DNA of 63,908 bases, counting the filler, from Octopus bimaculoides (lineage: Eukaryota), in the NCBI RefSeq assembly GCF_001194135.2. It is 8 parts of 8 records of this genome, joined end to end, with 100 filler letters (N's around TTAATTAATTAA, not from the genome) between each part and the next. Parts side by side here need not be neighbours in the genome. Positions count along the whole stretch, not along the records: positions 52,885 to 58,609 come from NC_068996.1; positions 58,710 to 62,365 come from NC_068998.1; positions 62,466 to 63,908 come from NC_068993.1; 5 more parts are not named here. One strand, written 5' to 3'. Below are positions 55,665 through 63,908 of the stretch, in pieces (positions within the stretch are counted from its first letter, which is position 1; each line of letters starts with the position of its first letter). Both the position numbers and the translations under genes were made by a program. The notes below the pieces were generated by a model. It did no database searches. It had not been told where the DNA came from and saw nothing but the letters and a program-made list of their open reading frames with translations.

Positions 55665-56238
55665 GGATCTATTTTAAAACGGGGGCCACATTTTTCATTA
55701 ATGTTTTACGTAGTGTTTTTGGTACGGAAAGACTTTCAAACTTCGTATACTTATCTATTTTGTGTTATAGAACAGAAAAATATTTTTGTATTCGAATTTA
55801 TTTCATGTAAAAAATTGTCTTATTTCGATAATTTCAACCAATCACTGACAAGTATTCAGTTGTTTATATTTACTCCTTTGGCTGATTAAGCGATGTAAAG
55901 CGTATTTAATCTCCATACCTTTGTTTTATTTGCTTTTTTCATTTTAAATTTGCTTTAACCCTAACCCTAACCCTAGGGTTAGGGTTAGGGTTAGGGTTAA
56001 TTGTTTCAGAATCGTTTGTTTATGTAGTCGGCACTTAATGTATATCGGCTGAATGGACGCCAGTGATTGGTTGAAATTACAGAAATACGACAACTTTCAC
56101 ATGGAATAACTTATGGATTTCTTTTTTTTTAAAGAAGACTAAGAGAAAAAGATGTTTTATATGACACATTCTACCAGTGTTCCAAGTTTCAAAGTGTTTC
56201 GTTAATGAAAAATGTGGCCCCCGTTTTAAAAAAGATCC
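55665..56238 (-). mobile_element. MITE, second copy, perfect 8-bp TSD AGAAGAAG
   Basis: TIRs as at 25419; removing the element and one TSD restores the CRE frame PNPWNFFFSVRLIALKKK. Confidence 0.92.
55956..55999. repeat. Telomere-repeat palindrome inside the MITE
   Basis: TAACCCTAACCCTAACCCTAGGGTTAGGGTTAGGGTTAGGGTTA. Confidence 0.95.
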
Positions 56239-56684
56239 AGAAGAAGTTCCAAGGATTAGGGTACAGAGCCGTATATGCGCTCAGCAGGCGGCGCCCGGCT
56301 TCAACAATAAGTAGGGACAGTAAGTCTCTGAGTTGGACGGATCGCCTCTGCCGCTACTGGCAAGGAAAGACCTCAGAGCAGAGAGGATGTTTTTCTCGGA
56401 GGCCACGTATGGCGCATGAAGGCCGGGTGGGGATATGTGTCTGAGGTCTGCGGGTGGCTCAGGATGTTTGAGACGGCAGCCAGGATCTCTTCAGTAGGGT
56501 AGGGGACAGTGTCATCAAAAGCGACTACTCTGATAGACATTGCCCTTGATTGGCGACGGTGTTGGAGGACATCAGGCAGGCAAGCAATCCCATCTGGGTG
56601 TGGTGAATGGTCACTGCCATGCGACTGAGAGGATCTAACAGCTTCTGCATCGCCAAATTGAGAGCGCATTCGAGGCCCGTTGTG

Positions 56685-56721
<37 letters not shown>

Positions 56722-57923
56722 TTCACGCGCGCGAGCACACACACACATATATATAATGAGCGGGGGTGGGGGGAAAAGAGACGTTGCAGGGATGTAAGTA
56801 AGCAGATAGCTAGTCCCACACTTCGAATCAAACATCAGCCATGCAAACTCATCAATCCTATTTCCCCTGGTGGAAGAAGAATTACAAAGGCCATGGGTAC
56901 AAACCCGCCTCAACGACAACAACAACAGCAATAAACCTCTCTTTCGCTCGCCCTCTCTAACTCGATCTCTCCCTCTTTCTCTTATACTTTCTCTTATACT
57001 TTCGAACAGAATAATAAAAAGCAAAAAAATATATACAAGGAAGCAAAGAATATATAGTGTAAAACAAAAAGTAAAAGCGTAACCGTAATTGGGAATTGTA
57101 ATTTAGGAATAGCCGGCTGTGAGTAGAATGTTGAAATGTGTTAGGGGCTTGCTGATATCGTAATGAACTTACAATGACCCCACTATATGGAAAGAGATAA
57201 ACAGGAGAAAGAAATAGATGAGGGAGTTTTGAAGATGGAACTCTGCGCTGTGCAGAAAATCGAGAGAAGGAGGAGAGAAAGAGAGAAGAGAGAAGAAGGG
57301 GAGGGGGATATCATATTATGTGATTAAGAGAAGCAATAGGAGAGAAAGAGGAACGCCAGCAGTGCAAGGTGCGTTGGTTGAGGTGGGGAAGACAGAAGAT
57401 AAAAATGTAAATAAGATTCTTTAGAGAACGACGGCGGCAGAGGAGGTGGAAACGGTGGTGGCGACGGCAGCAGCAGAAGTGGAGGCTGTGGCGGCTGCGA
57501 AGATGGTGGCAGCGCGGTTGCGGTGGAAGGTTTGGCAGGATCAATGTTGTTTTGAACACTTAAAGAATATAAATCTGTGCGTGTGTGTGTGTGTGTGTGT
57601 AAGCGAGCGTGATTTTGTGTGCATGTGCGTAAATGTGCGTGAGCCTTTGTATGCACCTATGTTTATGTTAGAGAAATTAGTAATGTTGGTGTAAATGTAT
57701 TTATACATCTATATCTATAAATATCACGATTTGATAAAAAAGATGGATAGATTAAAAAATGGAAAGGATTTTATAAGGGAGGGAGAGAGAGAGAGAGATA
57801 CATACATGCATACATACATACATACATATATGCATGCATACATACATACATACATACATACATACATACATAAATAGATAGATGAACAGACAGACAGACA
57901 GGCAGGCAGGCAGACAGACAAAC

Positions 57924-57976
<53 letters not shown>

Positions 57977-58151
57977 GAGGGAGGGAGAGAGAGAGAGAGA
58001 TAAGTAGGTAGGTTGGTAGAGACAGAAATACATACATAGACAGAAGAGCAGAAAGTGACGAGCACGTGTGTGTGTGTGTGTGTGTGTGTGTTCAGAGAAA
58101 GGGAATGAGAAGATGATAGAAAGAGAGTGGGGTAGAAGGACAGTGCAAGTG

Positions 58152-58205
<54 letters not shown>

Positions 58206-59481
58206 AAAAGACAAGAAATAGTGAAGAGTAGAGTATACGAGTGCGGAGGGAATGGAAGAACGGGTGATGTGTAAAAGAGGATAGTAACTGGAATTGGTAG
58301 GCTACTGATGGTTTGTGTCGACAAGAATCGGATTGGAAAATATACGGTGAGAAAGAGATATACGATGATGATGATGTGTCTATCTAACGTAAGAGTTTGT
58401 GTGTCTTAATTGGTTTTGCATCCGACGAAGGGACCCATCTCAAGTGTTGGTCTCTTGTCTCTACCATGTGTGTGTGTGTGTGTATTTCCTTTTTTTCTTT
58501 TTCTTTAGCTTGATTCAATCATTAGACATCAACACCGGTTGTCAAGTAATGGTGGTGGGGCGGGGACAAACACACAGACATATACACACACACACACACA
58601 TATATATATNNNNNNNNNNNNNNNNNNNNNNNNNNNNNNNNNNNNNNNNNNNNTTAATTAATTAANNNNNNNNNNNNNNNNNNNNNNNNNNNNNNNNNNN
58701 NNNNNNNNNCAGCAGCAGCAGCACCACCACCACCACCACCACCACCACTACCACCACCACTACCACCACCACCACCACCACCAACAACACTTGAAAACTT
58801 TTTCCCTATCAACCACTGTTACATTAAATTGTGCACACGTGTGTACGTTTGTGTGTGTGTGTGTGTCTGTATCTGTGTGTGTTTGTGTGTGTGGACGTGT
58901 GATTGTATGTGTGTGAGCATGTTGTGCAACCAGCTCACAAAATATATTAATGTGCGCACAAAGCAGTTAGTTTCCTAAAATAATGCAGTAACTAATAATT
59001 ACATTTATTGAAAATAATCTCTTTACTGACTGTTTCAATTAAATAATTAGTTGGTTTATCAAATACCACATATCTTTAATTACGTCATGTCACCTCATCT
59101 CTCTCCTGTGCTACAGAAAGAGAAGGAGAGAGAGAGAGAGAGAGTGTGTGTGCGTGTATGTAATTCGTAAATAAATTTACATGCATACGATTAATTTTAA
59201 TATACGTTTGCATTCGGTGCACATATACTAAAATGTGTGGAAAAAAGAAATTGGCAAAAACAAGATATTATGTACAGACCGGCAACTATAAATTGCAAGA
59301 AACATTTCCGACAACAACAACAACAACAAAAACAACAACAATATATAAGAGAGTATTGTAGTTCGCTTGAAGCATTGTGTATTGTTTGCAAAGAATAAAA
59401 AAGTTTAGGAAAGTATAACAATGCACTATAGAACAAAAAAAATGGACTATATACCTGTTGTAACTTGGTAAACTATAGTCC

Positions 59482-59517
59482 GATGATATTTCGGAATTAG
59501 AATTCCTTCTTCAGATC
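59482..59517 (-). ncRNA. Minimal type I hammerhead motif, intact core
   Basis: Exact reverse complement of 59557-59592. Confidence 0.7.
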
Positions 59518-59556
59518 TTATTTGCTAGAGTCTCTGCTATAAACTCTAGCAAATAA

Positions 59557-59592
59557 GATCTGAAGAAGGAATTCTAATTCCGAAATATCATC
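59557..59592 (+). ncRNA. Minimal type I hammerhead motif, intact core
   Basis: gat-CTGAAGA-a-GGAAT-tcta-ATTCC-GAA-ATAT-C-atc: perfect stem II, palindromic stem III, AUC site at C59589, 3-bp stem I. Confidence 0.7.
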
Positions 59593-59937
59593 GGACTATA
59601 GTTTACCAAGTTACAACAGGTATATAGTCCATTTTTTTGTTCTATAGTGCATTGTTATATCTTCCTAAACTTCTTATTCTTTGCAAACGATATATAATTT
59701 TTAACATTGATTCAAGGTCTTACATTTTCGAAGAGAGTGCAATCTTGATTTGACTCGGTGGTTCTCGACCATATTTCGCCTTTGGAGTTCTTTGGCTCCG
59801 AACTTATTCTACAGGACATTCCAAAGCCAATTCACTGTATGTAAAAAGAAATCTTACTGTACTTTCATAATCTATTTATTAATACGCTTGTACCGTCGGT
59901 GTTTGTCACGCGAAGGGAGATGAGTCAGGATTAAATT

Positions 59938-60140
59938 CGAGTTATTTCCCCTGGCTTCTGGACTTGTATTGCTGCAACACTCTTGAAAAGTGGTAAAACC
60001 CTTCACAGTATATTCAAGCTTCCAGTTCCTTTGAGTGAAACAAGTGCGTGCAATGTTCCACCAAATTCTTATCAAGAAAACATTCTTAGGCGAGTAAAAG
60101 TCTTCATTATTGACGAAGCTTCAATGATACCAGTTTATAT
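59938..60140 (+). mobile_element. Helitron PIF1-like helicase fragment
   Basis: FWTCIAATLLKSGKTLHSIFKLPVPLSETSACNV..ILRRVKVFIIDEASMIP (TGIAA, TxHS and DEASM motifs). Confidence 0.85.
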
Positions 60141-60298
60141 ATTATTTACATTTAGCAGATTTAGCAGATATTTGTCCGCATCTTGTTTGTTGTTAAAACA
60201 ACGTTTCGGCTGATATACCCTCCAGCCTTCATTAGATGTCTTGGGGAAATTTCGAACCTGGGTTCTCATTTCTAAGGTATTTTTCGATGATGTTGTTG

Positions 60299-60355
<57 letters not shown>

Positions 60356-60389
60356 TCACTGCTTGGGATCGAACTCGGAATCTTTTAGT
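60141..60389 (-). mobile_element. Family H1 tRNA-headed hammerhead element
   Basis: AAGATTCCGAGTTCGATCCC head remnant, (ATA)n, body and hammerhead motif. Confidence 0.75.
60195..60240 (-). ncRNA. Minimal type I hammerhead motif, G5>A variant
   Basis: gacat-CTAATGA-a-ggctg..cagcc-GAAACGTT-gtttt. Confidence 0.55.
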
Positions 60390-60600
60390 TGTTTCAGTCA
60401 TTTTGACTGCGACCATGCTGGGGCACCGCCCTAAAGGGTTTTAGTTGAAGACATCGACCCCAGGACTTATTGTTTGTAAGCCTAGTACTTATTCTAACGA
60501 TATCTTTTTCCGAACCACTAAGTTACGGGGACGTAAACACACCAACATTGGTTGTCAAGCTATGGTGGGTGGGACAAACACAGTCACACAAACACACACA
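60390..60600 (-). mobile_element. SINE family A tail
   Basis: gtttcagtcattttgactgcgaccatgctggggcacc... Confidence 0.85.
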
Positions 60601-60611
60601 CATACATATTA

Positions 60612-61553
60612 TATGGGCTATTAGTGGGCTAGATGTTGGCCATCACAAAAAATGGCACCTTTTCACCAAGGGAAGCCTGTGTTGCTTTTGACCCATGACA
60701 TTGTGCAGAATCCTGGATAAGCACCACATTGGCAAGTCCAAACTTCTGCTCCATCGAAGGTAATAGAGTTCTTCAGATACTCCTTTATGTCGATCTTCAA
60801 GCCAGACTCAATGGAGTGTGCATCCATGACACTTCCATCACTTGCCACGACTCCAAATACCATCACAGAGGCAGGATTCTTAGTCTCAAACACAGCGGGG
60901 ATGTGAGAAGAGTTGTATGCAATCACTTGAGAATTTCTGCGATTCACCTCAGCGTCCACAGTGAACTTCTCGTTCACAAACACGAGAGTTTTTCTTGCAC
61001 CTCGGTGCTTGATGAATAACAGAAGCTTTGGCCATCTCTCGGCTCTGATTGCTTTGGCTTGGCTGTTAGGAGGTGACAGCGTCGTCGAACATAGCTAGTC
61101 ATGGCAAAGTTCTTAACGGACACCTTGGAATGGGACACATCGTGTTTCTTTGCAAGAGTTGTCATAGATGTGGGAGGGTTGGCTTCAATCGAGCGTTTGG
61201 GGACAGCGAGAAACTTTGGATTGTACTTGGAATCACTTCGAGTCTTGTGTCCTTTCCTGTCAGTCTTTCCCCTCTTCTTTAAATTGTTTATACACACGAT
61301 AAACTGTTGCTTTTGGAACTTTCGTCAACTTAACAATTTTATTGGCACTGTGCCCGGCGCGCGCCAAAACAACAACGGCGGAATGATTCTGTTGTTTCAT
61401 GACTTTCTGTTGTCGAATCAGTTCGCTATTTACCTGAAAAATAAAGAGGAGGATTAGATTTTAAAGCAAGCAAGGTTTTGTCAAAAAATGAAATGTTAAA
61501 CCCACTTAGTCAACTGCTTAAAATTGGTCTGAATTTATCTGCAAGACCCTATG
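60612..61553 (-). mobile_element. Tc1/mariner maT (DD37D-like) element, 3'-truncated, transposase pseudogene (ATG 61400)
   Basis: HTH MKQQNHSAVVVLARAGHSANKIVKLTKVPKATVYRV; F(V)NEKFTVD..TKNPASVMVFGVVASDG; QDSAQCHGSKATQ..(W)PTNSP with spacing fitting D37D; frameshifts. Confidence 0.8.
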
Positions 61554-61844
61554 TATATACACGTATATACATACATTTGTGTGTGTGTGTATGTATGTGT
61601 GTATATACACGCACGTATATATATATATGCATATGTATGTGCGTGTATATATATATATATATATATAGACACATGCTTATGCATATATATATATATGTAT
61701 ATGTATATAAGTGTATATATATATATATATATATAGACACATGCTTATGCATATATATATNNNNNNNNNNNNNNNNNNNNNNNNNNNNNNNNNNNNNNNN
61801 NNNNNNNNNNNNNNNNNNNNNNNNNNNNNNNNNNNNNNNNNNNN

Positions 61845-61887
<43 letters not shown>

Positions 61888-62149
61888 GTATATGCATATG
61901 TATGTATGTATGTATGTATTAGTAGGCAAGTAGCTAGTTGGATTTATATACACAAAGAGAAACAAACAAACAAATAGTTAACATATTTGAACAGACCAGG
62001 TTTGGTGGCAGTTATATTTGTGGAAGTATGAGTGTGCATGTGTGTGTGTGTGTGTGAGTATACGTACATTCTTCCCTGGGTATATGCATGTATACATGTA
62101 TGTATGCTATGCATGTATATGTATGTGTACGTCAGTCTCTCTATATATA

Positions 62150-62345
62150 TATTCGACTAAAATTCTTCAAGGTAGTGCCCCAGCATGGCCGCAGTCTAAT
62201 GACTGAGTCGAGTAAAAGATAAAAGAGAGATAAGTATACAAGCATGTCTGTGTGGTAAGAATCTTGCTTCCCAACCACATGGTTCTGGGTTCAGTCCGAC
62301 TGTGTGGCACCTTGAGCTAGTGTCTTCTACCATAGCCTCGGGCCC
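62150..62345 (+). mobile_element. SINE family A tail end followed by a new head
   Basis: ccccagcatggccgcagtctaatg; gtgtggtaagaatcttgcttcccaaccacatgg. Confidence 0.8.
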
Positions 62346-62477
62346 TCTCTCTTTCCCTCTTCCTCNNNNNNNNNNNNNNNNNNNNNNNNNNNNNNNNNNN
62401 NNNNNNNNNTTAATTAATTAANNNNNNNNNNNNNNNNNNNNNNNNNNNNNNNNNNNNNNNNNNNNTATATATATATG

Positions 62478-63874
62478 CAGGATGTTTAAAAAAATTTGAT
62501 ATCATTTGAGATGTAAATATCACAGAAACTACCTAGTCAAAGAAAATGAAATTAAACAGGCCTAATGTTGAGCAACATAAGATTTGTATGAAAAATTGAA
62601 AGTTATGTGGATTCCATGAACGATTTCAAAAATGATCAATATGCACACCACCTGAGACACGGCACACGTCAAATCGGTAGTCCAGCTCCTCCCAAGCACG
62701 CTGCAACACGTCTTGGATAACAGTCTCCAGCGCGGTAGTGATTCTCTGCTCGAGTTCCTCTAGGTTTGCAGGAAGAGAGGGGACATAGATCAGGCCCTTA
62801 ACATAGCCATAGAGAAAAAAATCGCAAGGTGTCAGGTCAGGTGAACGTGGCGGCCATTGTCTTCATCACCGGCACGCCTAATCCATCTCCCTCGCAATTG
62901 GCCTTGAGATAAGCCCTCACAGTGAGCTTCCAGTGAGGTGGAGCCCCGTCCTGTTGAAAAATGAAGTCTTCATGTTCATTTGCAATGAGCTCGTCCATTA
63001 GCCAGTTCTGAAGCATTTGCAGATAAACCTCACCGGTCACATTTTCCTCAAAGAAAAACGGGCCATGAAGATGCCTCTTGGAGATGGCGCAGAACACATC
63101 CACTTTTAGTGAGTCCCTCACATGCTCAATTGTGGCAAGGGGATTTTCTTCACCCCAAATACGAACATTATGCTTATTGACTTTGCCATTCGTATGAAAT
63201 GTGGCCTCATCACTGAAAACAAGACGTTCCTTGAACTCGGCTTCTTCAAGTTTCTCTTGCATATCAACTCAGAATTGTTTACGCTTTCACTTGTCATTTG
63301 CCGTTATGGCCTGAACGAGCTGCAGCTTGTAGGGTTTCATTAGCAAGCGTTTCCTCTGGACGCACCAAACTATCATTGGAGGAATCTGGGTTTCNNNNNN
63401 NNNNCGTTTCCTCTGGACGCACCAAACTATCATTGGAGGAATCTGGGTTTCCAGACTTGTTCTTCTTATGGACTTCTTGGGGCTTCACAAGAGTTTTTGG
63501 TGAACCCGCTCGACCGTCTCTTCCGATGTTTGTGGTCGTCCAGATACTTTTGCCCTGCACAAACAACCTTCCCCTTTGATTTTTTTTTTGTGTCATGTCC
63601 AAATCTGCATTGCCATTGATGACTTTCTAGAGAACTTTCTCACAAATGCACGCTGCACAGTCTTGTTCGACTGTGTTCGAGCATACTCCAACACACAAAG
63701 CGTCTTTTCTCTTCCAGTGAATGCCATTTCTATACCTGAAAAGATAAACATATCAAACATTAAACATAAAATTTCGACCTGTTTCTACACTTTCTGTTAA
63801 AATTAGAAGTCATTTGAACAAGAACTGGCAAAGTTATTAGATTGCGAAATGATATTAAATTTTTTGAAACACCT

Positions 63875-63876
<2 letters not shown>
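62478..63876 (-). mobile_element. Tc1/mariner element (rosa/DD41D-like), both TIRs present
   Basis: About 30-bp imperfect TIRs CAGGATGTTTAAAAAAATTTGATATCATTT / CAAGGTGTTTCAAAAAATTTAATATCATTT, within TA runs. Confidence 0.9.
62626..63727 (-). pseudogene. Transposase pseudogene
   Basis: MAFTGREK..; LVFSDEATFHTNGKVNKHNVRIWGEENP; FQQDGAPPHW; WPPRSPDLTPCDFFLYGYVK; stops and frameshifts. Confidence 0.9.

Positions 63877-63908
<32 letters not shown>

Larger units (their letters stand above)
54172..56680 (-). mobile_element. CRE-clade non-LTR retrotransposon relic, internally deleted and MITE-interrupted
   Basis: ILSALRSF..LRDLLS..EAGRRLLSA; FFSVRLIALKKKDGCIRPIAMGNVFRRLAAK..QLGF..VKFD; LFLLRNCFAVPKLLYTL; CEPHECRC..GLHSLRC zinc knuckle; GDGKGPD RLE; PVAVET..LTILRSKA. 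Confidence 0.88.
59380..59692. repeat. Near-perfect about 310-bp palindrome (family H3)
   Basis: Inner about 95 bp per arm is a perfect match around the 13-nt loop 59531-59543. Confidence 0.95.

Noticed and set aside
55956-55999. CRE element targeting telomeric repeats, or a chromosome fusion scar
   Set aside because: The repeats belong to the nested MITE and have the wrong polarity for a fusion.
18385-62421. TTAATTAATTAA between N runs (18385, 20352, 26672, 29008, 52829, 58654, 62410)
   Set aside because: Identical 12-mer with stops in all six frames, always inside gaps: an assembly spacer.
63347-63452. Duplication of about 48 bp around a 10-N gap in the transposase
   Set aside because: Assembly overlap artefact.
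35-63800. Long ORFs of poly-VC/YI/TH/I/L/X
   Set aside because: Translations of microsatellites and gaps.

Overview
AT-rich, microsatellite-saturated animal DNA from a gappy draft assembly. It is most likely an octopus; this is inferred from recalled SINE families and repeat landscape, not from a search. No confidently identifiable host protein-coding exon is present, and the ORF track is almost entirely microsatellite, gap or TE noise. Contents: many tRNA-derived SINE copies of three families; two R4/Dong-like 3' fragments in (TAA)n arrays; an internally deleted CRE-clade retrotransposon interrupted by a telomere-repeat-bearing MITE with an 8-bp TSD (second MITE copy at 25.4 kb); a Helitron PIF1 fragment; maT-like, rosa-like and mariner transposase relics; and weak splice-signal candidates. 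The most notable signal is three distinct families of minimal type I hammerhead ribozyme motifs, one carried by a tRNA-headed SINE-like element, plus two tRNA-like cassette families. All six fold-backs built from these families are head-to-head, which suggests Penelope-type non-autonomous retroelements.
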